34,984 nt of DNA from Gemmatimonadota bacterium (GTDB lineage: Bacteria; Gemmatimonadota; Gemmatimonadetes; Longimicrobiales; RSA9): NCBI GenBank assembly GCA_040905425.1, contig JBBDRO010000054.1, positions 1 through 34,984 on the forward strand. Reading direction: 5' to 3'. The position numbers were made by a program, and so were the translations under genes. Positions within the stretch are counted from its first letter, which is position 1. The number at the start of each line of letters is the position of its first letter. Positions 9,517-18,696 of the stretch are shown here, piece by piece. Below the pieces are notes generated by a model. The model did no database searches, was not told the origin of the DNA, and saw nothing but the letters and a program-made list of their open reading frames with translations.

Positions 9517-11037
9517 ATGCGGTCCTGGACACTCAAGCTCGCCGTGGGCTCCACGCTCGTGCTGGGCACGGTGGCCGGCGCGACTGGCTTCGAGGCCATC
9601 CGCGACGGGCACGCGTCCACGAGCGCGGCCGCCGTGACCCAGCAGGCACAGATGGCGCCCGCCGCGGCCGATACCGCGGCCAACGACCTCAGTCGTGCCT
9701 TCCGCAACGCGGCACGCGGCGCGCTGCCCGGCGTGGTGCACATTCAGGTGGAGGCCACCCGCCGGGTTGCGGCAGGCGGCGGGCTGCCCGACGCCCTGCG
9801 CGGCACGCCCTTCGAGGACTTCTTCCGGCCGGCGCCGCGCGGCCAGCAGCAACGTCCCGTGCAGGGCAGCGGCTCGGGCTTTGTCTTCCGCGCGGACGGC
9901 TACATCCTGACCAACAATCACGTGGTGGAGGGCGCCGAGCGCGTCACCGTCATCACCAACGACCGCCGCGAGTACGAGGCCACCGTGGTGGGACGCGATC
10001 CCAACACGGACATTGCCGTGCTGAAGGTGGAGGCGGCCGGCCTGCCGGTGATCCCCTTCGGTGACTCGGACGCCATGCAGGTGGGTGACTGGGTCGTGGC
10101 GCTGGGCTATCCGCTCGAGCTGGGCTCCACCGTGACCGCGGGGATCGTGAGCGCCAAGGGGCGCAGCATCGGTATCATCGGGCAAAGCCAGGGACCGGTG
10201 CCGGAGGGGGCAGCGCCGGCGCTGGAGGCGTTCATCCAGACGGACGCCGCCATCAACCCCGGCAACTCGGGCGGTCCGCTGGTGGACCTGAACGGCCGCG
10301 TGGTGGGCATCAACAGCGCCATCGCCAGCCGCACGGGTTACTACCAGGGCTACGGCTTTGCCGTGCCCGCCAAGCTGGCGCAGCGCGTGGCCGCCGACCT
10401 GATCGAGCACGGCGAGGTGCGCCGCCCGCGCATCGGCGTGGGCATCCGCACGGTGGAGACGGCCGACCGGGAGCTCTTCGACCTGCCGGACATGAACGGT
10501 GCCGTGGTCACGCTGGTGGAGGAGGGGCTACCCGCCGAGCAGGCGGGCATCGAACTCGGTGACGTCATCGTCCGCCTGGACGGCCAGCCCATCCGCACGG
10601 ACGTGGAACTGATCGAGCGCCTGGCGCTGCATGAGCCCGGCGAGCGCGTGCGGCTCGGCGTCTGGCGGGACGGCAGCGTCCGGGAGGTCACCATGCAGCT
10701 GTCCCGCTTCCAGGCCGCGCCGGTGGCCGCCGCGCCGGAGCCGGCCCGCGAGCGCGGCTCGGCCGCGCGGCTGGGCTTCGAGGCGCGGGAGATCACACCC
10801 CGCCTGGTCCAGGAGTTCCGGCTGGAGGTGCGCGAGGGCGTGGTGGTCATGGACGTGGTGCCGGGTGGTCCGGCGCCGCTGGCGCCAGGTATGGTCATCC
10901 TGGAGTTGAGTGATCAGGAAATCCAGGACATCGAGGACCTGGAGGACGCCGCGGCCGGGATCGCCTCCGGGGACCCGGTGAAGCTCGTGGTGCTCTTTCA
11001 GGGCCGGCGTCACCTGGTCACATACCGGACGCGCTGA
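9517..11037 (+). CDS. htrA: HtrA/DegP (Do) serine protease with two PDZ domains
   Basis: GSGSG, LTNNHVV, TDIAVLK, IQTDAAINPGNSGGPL triad motifs; two PDZ-like regions; AGGAGG RBS before ATG 9517. Confidence 0.95.
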   Translation: MRSWTLKLAVGSTLVLGTVAGATGFEAIRDGHASTSAAAVTQQAQMAPAAADTAANDLSRAFRNAARGALPGVVHIQVEATRRVAAGGGLPDALRGTPFEDFFRPAPRGQQQRPVQGSGSGFVFRADGYILTNNHVVEGAERVTVITNDRREYEATVVGRDPNTDIAVLKVEAAGLPVIPFGDSDAMQVGDWVVALGYPLELGSTVTAGIVSAKGRSIGIIGQSQGPVPEGAAPALEAFIQTDAAINPGNSGGPLVDLNGRVVGINSAIASRTGYYQGYGFAVPAKLAQRVAADLIEHGEVRRPRIGVGIRTVETADRELFDLPDMNGAVVTLVEEGLPAEQAGIELGDVIVRLDGQPIRTDVELIERLALHEPGERVRLGVWRDGSVREVTMQLSRFQAAPVAAAPEPARERGSAARLGFEAREITPRLVQEFRLEVREGVVVMDVVPGGPAPLAPGMVILELSDQEIQDIEDLEDAAAGIASGDPVKLVVLFQGRRHLVTYRTR

Positions 11038-11087
11038 GCCGGGCCCCCGGGCCGCCGTCAGCTCGTCACGTACCGGACCCGCTGAGC
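11001..11087 (+). repeat. 39-bp direct repeat (48-bp period) duplicating the htrA 3' end including its stop
   Basis: 11001-11039 vs 11049-11087, 34/39 identical. Confidence 0.9.
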
Positions 11088-11111
11088 TGACGCCCGGGTC
11101 CGCAATGACCG

Positions 11112-11149
11112 AGCGCCCGCTCCCGATTCGGGGGCGGGCGCTTCGTGTT
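11112..11149 (+). terminator. Probable intrinsic terminator after htrA
   Basis: Stem AGCGCCCGCTCCCG / CGGGGGCGGGCGCT (one G-U pair) followed by TCGTGTT. Confidence 0.6.
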
Positions 11150-11163
11150 GCAGGGTTCGCGGG

Positions 11164-11179
11164 GGGCATGGGCCTTGCG
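11164..11179 (+). promoter_or_regulatory. Putative sigma54 (-24/-12) promoter of the BON gene
   Basis: gGGCATG-ggcc-TTGC, GG-N10-GC spacing (11165-11178), about 43 nt upstream of the ATG. Confidence 0.5.
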
Positions 11180-11220
11180 CGGTAATGGGATACTGAAATA
11201 CACGATCAAGAGGAGGTTCC

Positions 11221-11697
11221 ATGGGCATCATCAGGGCATTCATCTACGGCATGAGCGCGGGGGCCGGGCTCATGTACTACCTGGACCCTGAGCGCGGGCG
11301 GCGCCGTCGGGCGCTCGTGCGCGACCAGGTGGATCACGCCACGCACCGGCTCGAGGACGCCGGCCAGCGCGCCAGCGCCCTGGCGGAGCAGATGAGTGAT
11401 CGGGTGCACGGCGTGGCGCACGAGTCGCGGGCCCGCATGCGGGAGGAGCGCGTTCCCGACGAGGTGCTGGTGGAGCGGGTGCGCGCCGCCATGGGCCGCG
11501 CCGTTTCCAATCCCGGCGCCATCGAGGTGAGCGCGCACGACGGCACGGTCACACTCTCGGGTCCCTCGCTGGGACACGAGGCGCGTGAGCTGATCCGCAC
11601 CGTGGAGCATGTGCGTGGTGTGAGGGACGTGGTGAACCGGCTGGAGTCACACGATCAGCCGGGCAACGTGCCCGGACTCCAGGGCACGCAGCGCTGA
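11221..11697 (+). CDS. BON-domain protein with YtxH-like N-terminal segment
   Basis: GAGLMYYLDPERGRRRRA N-terminus; DEVLVERVRAAM...IEVSAHDGTVTLSG...VRGVRDVVNRL BON motif; AGGAGG RBS. Confidence 0.88.
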   Translation: MGIIRAFIYGMSAGAGLMYYLDPERGRRRRALVRDQVDHATHRLEDAGQRASALAEQMSDRVHGVAHESRARMREERVPDEVLVERVRAAMGRAVSNPGAIEVSAHDGTVTLSGPSLGHEARELIRTVEHVRGVRDVVNRLESHDQPGNVPGLQGTQR

Positions 11698-11706
11698 GCC
11701 GCGCCG

Positions 11707-12315
11707 CTACTCGTCCAGGAGCCGGCCCACCGCCAGGCGGAGGGCCGGCTCGGCGTAGTAGCCCCGTACGCGGTGCCGGATGCGGCCCTGGCGGTCGATG
11801 ATCACCGACATGGGCAGCGTGGAGGCCCCGCCGAAGGCCGCGGTGACGGCGGGCGTGGCCATGGCCATGGGGTAGGTGTAGCCGCCCTGATCCACGAAGC
11901 GGCGCACCACGTCCGCGCCGGTCCGGTCCGTGGAGATGCCCAGGATCACGAAGCCGTCGGCGCGGCGCTCCTCCCAGACCCGCTGAAAACCGGGCATCTC
12001 CACCCGGCACGGGGGGCACCACGTGGCCCAGAAGTTGACCAGCACCACCTTGCCGTGGTAGTCGGCCAGTCTCAATTCGTGGCCGTCCAGCGTCGTAAGG
12101 GTGACGGCGGGGGCGGGTTCCGGCTCGGGCCAGAGTCCCACCGCCATGGCAACCTGGGAGCCGAAGCGCTGGTATAGGAGGACCGCCACCACCAGCCAGA
12201 GGACCACGTTCAGCGTGCGCGGTACCCAGAGAGGGATGCGCTGGAAGAGCCCCGGTGAGGGAGCGGAGCCGGCGGCGCGGCTGCGGGCGTCGTCGCCTGA
12301 CAGGTTATCCGGCAT
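11707..12315 (-). CDS. TlpA/ResA-family thiol-disulfide oxidoreductase, membrane anchored
   Basis: N-terminal TM helix; GKVVLVNFWATWCPPCRVEMP; LPMSVIIDRQG. Confidence 0.92.
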   Translation of the reverse strand: MPDNLSGDDARSRAAGSAPSPGLFQRIPLWVPRTLNVVLWLVVAVLLYQRFGSQVAMAVGLWPEPEPAPAVTLTTLDGHELRLADYHGKVVLVNFWATWCPPCRVEMPGFQRVWEERRADGFVILGISTDRTGADVVRRFVDQGGYTYPMAMATPAVTAAFGGASTLPMSVIIDRQGRIRHRVRGYYAEPALRLAVGRLLDE

Positions 12316-12340
12316 GTTCAGCCGCCGTTCCCGGGTGCGC

Positions 12341-12368
12341 TTGACATATTACTGTCTGACAATATAGT
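12341..12368 (+). promoter_or_regulatory. Sigma70-type promoter of the DUF302 gene with palindromic operator (copy 3)
   Basis: TTGACA-16 bp-TATAGT; ATATT-ACTGTCT-GACA-ATATAGT (12346-12368). Confidence 0.75.
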
Positions 12369-12415
12369 AGCGATGATCGAGGCGGACAACGGGTCGCGAG
12401 AGCAGGGGAGCAGTC

Positions 12416-12823
12416 ATGATCGAACAGACCACACGCTACGGATTTTCCACCACCGTGCGCGCCCCCTACGGGGAAGCCGTGGAGCGCACGCGCGCGGCGC
12501 TGGCGGAGGAGGGCTTCGGCATCCTCTCCGAGATCGACGTGAGCGCCACGCTGAAGAAGAAGCTGGACGTGGACTTCCGCCCCTACGTGATTCTGGGGGC
12601 GTGCAATCCGCCGCTGGCGCACAAGGCGCTCTCGGCGGAGCGGGACATCGGGCTGCTGCTGCCGTGCAACGTGGTGGTCTACGCGGCCGACGAGGAGGGC
12701 ACCTGCGTGGTGGCGGCCATGGATCCGGAGCAGGCGCTGGCGCTCACGGGGCGCGATGACATCCGGCCGCTGGCCACGGAGGTCAAGGCCCGTTTGCGGG
12801 CGGCGCTGGAACGACTGGGCTGA
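12416..12823 (+). CDS. DUF302 family protein
   Basis: EEGFGILSEIDV..TLKKKL...YVILGACNP.LA..AL...IGLLLPCNVVV signature; GGAG RBS. Confidence 0.92.
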   Translation: MIEQTTRYGFSTTVRAPYGEAVERTRAALAEEGFGILSEIDVSATLKKKLDVDFRPYVILGACNPPLAHKALSAERDIGLLLPCNVVVYAADEEGTCVVAAMDPEQALALTGRDDIRPLATEVKARLRAALERLG

Positions 12824-12836
12824 AGGCGGGCACACA

Positions 12837-12872
12837 CGCGGGGGCCGGCCGCGCCATGCGCCGGACCCCGCG
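12837..12872. terminator. GC-rich hairpin between convergent genes
   Basis: CGCGGGG-G-CCGG ... CCGG-A-CCCCGCG imperfect stem; no clear U-tract. Confidence 0.4.
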
Positions 12873-12895
12873 GCGGTGCTCGAAACGTCTGGCGC

Positions 12896-13285
12896 CTAAC
12901 GGCGCCGCGTCGTCACACGGTTGGTGGACAGATTCCACTCGATGATCTCGCCGCCCGCGATGCGGAAGCTCGGCGAGCGGCGCGTCTGCCCGTTGTCGTA
13001 GACCACGTCCATGCGGTACTCGCCACGGGTGGGGAAGTCGTAGATCAGGTCCCGCGTCTGATTGGCCGGCACGGATCCCACCTGGCGCCGCACCCCGGCG
13101 GCGGACGGCTCGATGAAGACGGTGGCGTCCACACCGGCCGCGTTGTTCATGACCCGCAGCAGGACGCGGTCCGCGTCCACGGCTGCGGCCTCGCTGTCGG
13201 TCGAGGTGCTACCCGTGCCCGCGGCGCACGCAGCGAACATGAACGGCACTAGCAGCACGAACGCTGCGTTCCACTTACGGCGCAT
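12896..13285 (-). CDS. Small hypothetical lipoprotein
   Basis: MRRKW...FMFAAC lipoprotein signal; GGAGGAG RBS; beta-rich mature region. Confidence 0.75.
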   Translation of the reverse strand: MRRKWNAAFVLLVPFMFAACAAGTGSTSTDSEAAAVDADRVLLRVMNNAAGVDATVFIEPSAAGVRRQVGSVPANQTRDLIYDFPTRGEYRMDVVYDNGQTRRSPSFRIAGGEIIEWNLSTNRVTTRRR

Positions 13286-13580
13286 GACTCCTCCTTGGAT
13301 GTTGAACGGTAGGGAATTCGTACGGTCTGGCCCCCGCGCCGTCAAGGTGCGGGGCGCATTGCACGCGGTCCCGTGGGGCAGGGAAGCGCATGCGGGGCTT
13401 CCTTGGTGAAGACGCCCCGCCCAGGCATGGCGTTGGACTGCGAGCGCCGGATGTGGGAGAATCCCCGACGCCGGCGCCCGCGCCGCACCCCGCCGCTATT
13501 TCCACCGAATCCCGACAGATATTCCGGACAGCCCGCCCCAACTTGATGCCATCGTTCCACGTCCCTGTCCGGGAGGTTCC

Positions 13581-14039
13581 ATGCGCCGCAGCGCCGCCGT
13601 CATGCTCGTCCTGGTCGTTGCCGCTTCGGCGTGCGATGGCCAGCCGGATCCTGCCGCGGATCCGGATGCCCCTACTGCCGCCGACACCCTGGTGATGGCC
13701 TACGAGTCCTTCTCCCCCGAGGCCTTCGATACGGTGGGCTGGCCCTCGGACAGTGCGGCGCTCGAGCGTGGCGCCTTCGTCTACCGTGCCGGCTGCAGCA
13801 CCTGCCACGGGGTGGACGGCCGCGGCGATGCCGGGCACGTGACGCCGGCCGGTGATACGCTGCACCCGCCCGACTTCCATCGCGCCGACTTTGCGCTGGG
13901 GGACGACCTGCAGGCACTGCGGCAGAAGGTTTACGCGGGCAACGTGCAGGGCATGCCCCACTGGGGTCTGCGCCGCATGGATCCCCGGGACATCGACGCG
14001 GTGGCGCGCTGGGTGGCGCACCTGGCCCGGCAGCAATAG
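13581..14039 (+). CDS. Monoheme c-type cytochrome lipoprotein
   Basis: Lipobox ASAC; CSTCHG..GRGD; distal GMPHW Met ligand; GGAGG RBS. Confidence 0.88.
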   Translation: MRRSAAVMLVLVVAASACDGQPDPAADPDAPTAADTLVMAYESFSPEAFDTVGWPSDSAALERGAFVYRAGCSTCHGVDGRGDAGHVTPAGDTLHPPDFHRADFALGDDLQALRQKVYAGNVQGMPHWGLRRMDPRDIDAVARWVAHLARQQ

Positions 14040-14048
14040 GGGGCCATC

Positions 14049-14495
14049 ATGGAAAACCAGGATTTCGACGTAACGCTGCAACTGGATGAGGGCTTCCGCA
14101 TGGCCGCGGACTTCGGTCTGCCGGGCGTGCCCCAGCTCATGATGGACGAGCCGCCGCCGCTTGGCGGGGGGCAGGGACCCAATCCCGCCCGGCTGCTGGC
14201 CACGGCGCTCGGCAATTGCCTGTCCTCCAGTCTGCTCTTCTGCCTGCACAAGTCGCGCGTGCAGGTGGATGGCCTCAGCACCCGGGTGCGGGGCAGCATG
14301 GTGCGCAACGCGGAGGGCCGCTGGCGTATCGGGCGCCTGTCGGTGAGCATCCAGGCGGACGTGCCGGCGGCGGAGCAGGCCAGGATGGCGCGGTGTGTGG
14401 AACTCTTCGAGGATTTCTGTGTGGTGGGCGGCAGCATCCGGGAGGGCATCGTCATCGACGTGGAGGTGGATTCGGCCCATCTGACGCCCGCCTGA
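14049..14495 (+). CDS. OsmC-family protein (second paralogue)
   Basis: DEPPPLGGGQGPNP.RLL..ALGNC; second Cys in FEDFCVV; starts 9 bp after the cytochrome gene. Confidence 0.88.
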   Translation: MENQDFDVTLQLDEGFRMAADFGLPGVPQLMMDEPPPLGGGQGPNPARLLATALGNCLSSSLLFCLHKSRVQVDGLSTRVRGSMVRNAEGRWRIGRLSVSIQADVPAAEQARMARCVELFEDFCVVGGSIREGIVIDVEVDSAHLTPA

Positions 14496-14522
14496 GAACC
14501 GCCGGTCGAGCGGCCGCGGCGC

Positions 14523-14591
14523 GGCCAGGTTGCCGGGCCGCGACAGGCCAGGTAGCCAGCCGCCGCGCGGCCCGGTAGCCGGCCGTGGCGC
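14523..14591 (+). repeat. Degenerate 23-bp tandem repeat x3
   Basis: GGCCAGGTTGCC..., GGCCAGGTAGCC..., GGCCCGGTAGCC... starting at 14523, 14546 and 14569. Confidence 0.6.
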
Positions 14592-14754
14592 CCGCCCGAT
14601 CCCACGCGCGCCGGCGACACCCTTGGAACGCGCGGCGCCGGCGCTTACGTTTCCTGCTGGGCCCTTATGGCCCCCGTTCCACACCTGCCTCAACCGTGAA
14701 CCGGTGGCCGACGCATCCGGCGTGCGGCCGCCCAGCTCCCTTCGGAGGCGTTCC

Positions 14755-17574
14755 ATGCACCATCCCCTGCGCCGCGCGCACGCCACACTGGCCGTCGTGT
14801 TGCTCCTGGCCGCGCCCGCGAGCGCCCAGCAGAAGCCCACCCTCACGCCCGATGATTACGGGCGGTGGGAGTCGCTCGGCAGCGCCACGCTGGCCACGGA
14901 CGGCGCCTGGATGGCCTACGCGGTGAGCCGGGTCGACGATGAGGACGAACTGCGCATTCGGCCCACCCGGGGCCAGGCCGAGGAGCGCATCGTGGCCTAC
15001 GGCCGGAGTCCCGCCTTCAGCGCCGATGGCCGTTGGGTGGCGTACCTGGTGGGTGTCTCCCCGGACGAGCGGGAGAAGCTGGAGGCCGCCAAGAAGCCCA
15101 TTCGCAGTACGCTCGGACTGGTGGAGCTGGCCTCGGGGCGCGAGACGCTGATTCCCGAGGTGGCCACCTTCGCCTTCTCGGAGAACGGCGCGCACCTGGC
15201 AATGCGCGGGTACGCGCCGCAGGGAGCCACGGGCGTGCAGCCGTCGCTGGCAGTGCGCGAGTTGGCCTCGGGCAGGAGCTTCAGCTTCGGCGGCGTGAAG
15301 GAGTTCTCGTGGCAGGACGGCGGTCCGCTGCTGGCCATGGTCGTGGAGACGCAGGGCATGATGGCCAACGGCGTCCAGCTCTACGATCCCCGCGCCGGCA
15401 CGGTGCGCTCGCTACTTTCCGACTCATCATCCTACCAGAACCTCACGTGGCGAGAGGACCACGCCGATCTGGCCGTGCTACGGGTGGTGGAAAGCGCCGA
15501 TCACGAGGAGCCGAACCACACCGTGATCGCCTGGCGCGGGCTGGAAGGTGACCGCGTGGCGCCGCAGCTGCTCAATCCCATGGCACGGGCGGACTTCCCG
15601 GCAGGGATGCGCGTGGTGGACCTGCGCCGCCTGGACTGGTCGGAGGACGGCGGCGCTCTCTTCTTCGGGGTCAAGGAATGGGAGCCGAAGGCCGGCGGGG
15701 AGCGCACGGACAGCATCGTGGCGGCCGAGGACGAGGACGGCCAGGGGGCCGCCCCGGACAGTGTCCAGGAGCAGACGGCGGCGCCGCCGCCCGAGAAGGA
15801 GGAGCCCGCCGGGGTGGAGGTGTGGCACGCGCGGGACGTGGACATCATTCCGGAGCAGAAGGTGCGCGCCAACCAGAACCGCAACCGCAACTATCTGGCG
15901 GTGTGGCACCTGGAGCCGGACCGCTTCGTCCAGCTCGGCAACGAGCTGGTGGAGGACGTGGCGCGCTATGCCGATGACCGCGCCCTGCTGGGCACCGACC
16001 ACGATCCGTACGAGGCCGCGGCCATGTTCGGCCCGGTCTTCGACGACGTCTACACCGTGGACCTCATGACCGGCCAGCCCACGCTGCTGCGCGAACGCGT
16101 GGAGCGCTCCAACGGGCTGAGCCCCGACGGCCGCTACTGGGTGCGCTTCGAGGATGACCACTACTGGGTGCGCGACCTGCGCACCGGTGAGGAGCGCAAC
16201 GTCACCGCGGAGCTGCCCACCAGCTTCGTGGACGTGGAGGATGACCACACGGTGGAGCAGAAGCCACCGCACGGCTTCGGCGGCTGGAGCACGGGCGGCC
16301 GCAGCATGCTCCTGTTCGACAAGTATGACATCTGGGAGGTCACGCCGGACGGGCAGGGCACGCGACTCACGGACGGCGCCGCTGACGAGGTGCGCCATCG
16401 CATCGTCCGCCTGGACTATGACGACCCCACGGTGGATCTCTCGCAGTCGGTCTATGTGGCGCTGTACGGCGAGAAGACCAAGCGCTACGGCTACGGTCTG
16501 CTACGGCGAGGCAAGGGGGTCGAGCGCCTGGTCTTCGAGGACGCGAGCGTGAACCGCATCAGCAAGGCCGAGGACGCGGACGTCTTCCTCTACATGAAGC
16601 AGCGCTTCGACGATTCACCCGACTGGTTCGTGGCCGGCGCCGGCCTGGCGGACGCCACCCAGGTGAGCGGTACCAACCCCTTCCAGGATGATTACGCCTG
16701 GGGCCGCTCGGAACTGGTGGACTTCACCAACCGGCAGGGCGTGCCACTGCAGGGCGCGCTCTTCTATCCCGCCGACTACGAGCCGGGCAGGCAGTACCCC
16801 ATGGTGGTCTACATCTATGAGATCACCTCCAACACGGTGCACAGTTACACCACGCCCTCCGAGGAGAGCGCGTACAACACCCAGGTGTTCACGCAGAACG
16901 GCTACTTCGTCTTCCGGCCGGACATCGTCTACCGGGACCGCAATCCGGGACTCTCGGCGGCCGACGCCATCATCCCGGCGGTGGAGACGGTCCTGGCCAA
17001 GGGGATGGTGGATCCCGACCAGGTGGGCATCATGGGCCACTCGTGGGGCGCGTACCAGACGGCGTTCGTGATCACCCAGACGGATCTCTTTAACGCCGCC
17101 GTGGCGGGCGCGCCGCTCACCGACCTGATCAGCATGTACCTGTCCATCTACTGGAACAGCGGCGGCACCGACGCACGCATCTTCGAGATCAGTCAGGGCC
17201 GCATGGAGGTGCCACCCTGGGAGGACCTGGAGAGCTACATGGCCAACTCGCCGCTCTTCAACATCGAGTCCATGAATACGCCTCTGCTGGTGGCCTTCGG
17301 GGACAAGGACGGCGCAGTGGACTGGCACCAGGGGATCGAGCTCTACAACGCCGCGCGCCGGGCCGAGAAGGACATGGTCATGCTGGTCTACGAGGGGGAG
17401 AACCATTCGCTCTCGAAGGAGCCGAACCGCAAGGACTACCACCGCCGCATGAACGAGTGGTTCGCGCACTACCTGAAGGGCAGTGCGGCGCCGTCCTGGA
17501 TCACCGAGGGGAAGAGCTTCCTGGAGCGCGAGAAGGAGCTCAAGGCCGCGGGGCAGGCGGGCGGCGGCCGCTGA
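14755..17574 (+). CDS. Secreted S9 (prolyl oligopeptidase-family) peptidase
   Basis: Signal peptide ASA-QQ; beta-propeller region; GHSWG nucleophile, DGAVD and GENH triad motifs; GGAGG RBS before ATG 14755. Confidence 0.92.
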   Translation: MHHPLRRAHATLAVVLLLAAPASAQQKPTLTPDDYGRWESLGSATLATDGAWMAYAVSRVDDEDELRIRPTRGQAEERIVAYGRSPAFSADGRWVAYLVGVSPDEREKLEAAKKPIRSTLGLVELASGRETLIPEVATFAFSENGAHLAMRGYAPQGATGVQPSLAVRELASGRSFSFGGVKEFSWQDGGPLLAMVVETQGMMANGVQLYDPRAGTVRSLLSDSSSYQNLTWREDHADLAVLRVVESADHEEPNHTVIAWRGLEGDRVAPQLLNPMARADFPAGMRVVDLRRLDWSEDGGALFFGVKEWEPKAGGERTDSIVAAEDEDGQGAAPDSVQEQTAAPPPEKEEPAGVEVWHARDVDIIPEQKVRANQNRNRNYLAVWHLEPDRFVQLGNELVEDVARYADDRALLGTDHDPYEAAAMFGPVFDDVYTVDLMTGQPTLLRERVERSNGLSPDGRYWVRFEDDHYWVRDLRTGEERNVTAELPTSFVDVEDDHTVEQKPPHGFGGWSTGGRSMLLFDKYDIWEVTPDGQGTRLTDGAADEVRHRIVRLDYDDPTVDLSQSVYVALYGEKTKRYGYGLLRRGKGVERLVFEDASVNRISKAEDADVFLYMKQRFDDSPDWFVAGAGLADATQVSGTNPFQDDYAWGRSELVDFTNRQGVPLQGALFYPADYEPGRQYPMVVYIYEITSNTVHSYTTPSEESAYNTQVFTQNGYFVFRPDIVYRDRNPGLSAADAIIPAVETVLAKGMVDPDQVGIMGHSWGAYQTAFVITQTDLFNAAVAGAPLTDLISMYLSIYWNSGGTDARIFEISQGRMEVPPWEDLESYMANSPLFNIESMNTPLLVAFGDKDGAVDWHQGIELYNAARRAEKDMVMLVYEGENHSLSKEPNRKDYHRRMNEWFAHYLKGSAAPSWITEGKSFLEREKELKAAGQAGGGR

Positions 17575-17581
17575 GCGCGCC

Positions 17582-18520
17582 CTACTCCACCGCCGCCAGG
17601 CGCCGCGCTGCCCCCTCCACCGGCGGGTCGAAGTGCACGTCGAGCTGCGGGAAGGCAATGGTGATGCCGGCGTCCTTGAGCGCCCACCATACGGCCTGGT
17701 TGAGGTCCGATTGCGCGCGGCGGCCGCGCCACGGGTCGTCGGTCCAGACGTGGACATCGAAGAGGACGGCGCTGTCCCCGAACTCCGTCATGAGCACCTG
17801 CGGTTCCTTGTCCTGCAGGCGCCAGGTGAGTGCGCTGGCGGCGCCCGTGAGTACGTCGACCACATGCCGCATGTCCGCGCCGTAGACCACACCCACCGTG
17901 ATGCTCAGGCGGAAGAACGAGTCCCGCAGCGTGTAGTTGATGACGCTGTTCTGCACCAGCAGCGAGTTGGGCAGGATGATCTCCGCCTCGTCCCGGCTGC
18001 GTGCCACCGTGGAGCGCAGCCCCATGCGCTCCACGCGCACGATGCGTCCCTCCACCTCCAGCACGTCACCCGGCTTGATGGTGCGCTCGAAGAGCAGAAT
18101 CAGCCCCGAAACAAAGTTCTGGGCAATGTTCTGCATGGCAAAGCCGATGGCCACGGCGAACAGGGCGCCCGCGGCGAAGAGCGCGGCCAGGTCGATGCCC
18201 AGGTTGTCCAGCGCCACACCCAGGCCGAAGGCCATCACGGCGTAGTGGGCCAGCCGCGTGGCCACGCCGATGGTGCCCTCGTCGTCCATGCCGCGGTAGC
18301 GGAAGGTGCGCGCGATGCTGCCCTGCACGAAGCGGGAGAGCCAGAAGGTGATCAGCACGATGAGGCTGAAGACCACCAGGGTCATCAGCGTCACCTCCGT
18401 GCCGGAGAACGTGAAGAGGGGGTCGTTCAACAGGGTGGAGGCACCCTCACCGAGGGCGCCCTCGATGAAGCCGGTGACCTCATCCTGCAGGTTCTCCTGC
18501 ACCATCACGCTGCGCATCAC
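17582..18520 (-). CDS. mscS: Small-conductance mechanosensitive channel
   Basis: IGFAMQNIAQNFVSGLILLFERTIKPGD, LPNS, VGVVYG, FGDSA, GITIAFPQ motifs; GGAGG RBS before GTG 18520 / ATG 18517. Confidence 0.92.
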   Translation of the reverse strand: MMRSVMVQENLQDEVTGFIEGALGEGASTLLNDPLFTFSGTEVTLMTLVVFSLIVLITFWLSRFVQGSIARTFRYRGMDDEGTIGVATRLAHYAVMAFGLGVALDNLGIDLAALFAAGALFAVAIGFAMQNIAQNFVSGLILLFERTIKPGDVLEVEGRIVRVERMGLRSTVARSRDEAEIILPNSLLVQNSVINYTLRDSFFRLSITVGVVYGADMRHVVDVLTGAASALTWRLQDKEPQVLMTEFGDSAVLFDVHVWTDDPWRGRRAQSDLNQAVWWALKDAGITIAFPQLDVHFDPPVEGAARRLAAVE

Positions 18521-18696
18521 GGGCGGTCCTCCTGGAGGATGGCTCGACGGTGTCGTGGGGCGGCCCCCGGGGCCGCCGCGGCCGGTGGGGATGCGCACAG
18601 CATGGCTGCATGGCGCCGCCGGATCAAGTCCCGCACCGCCGCGCGAGCGGTGCCCGGAAGACAGCGTGCGCTGGGGACAGGCCCGGCGAACGTCGC

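Noticed and set aside
11035..11037. Selenocysteine at the htrA UGA
   Set aside because: The position is not a Cys-equivalent redox site in HtrA, and I cannot recognise a bacterial SECIS. Generic readthrough is left open in the findings.
11001..11087. attL/attR target duplication of a mobile element
   Set aside because: Only 9 bp separate the copies, there is no integrase or transposase in the window, and the divergence is codon-structured.
11191..11210. TACTGAAATAC as a fourth copy of the shared operator
   Set aside because: Only the left TACTG matches; the ATRYAGT half is absent.
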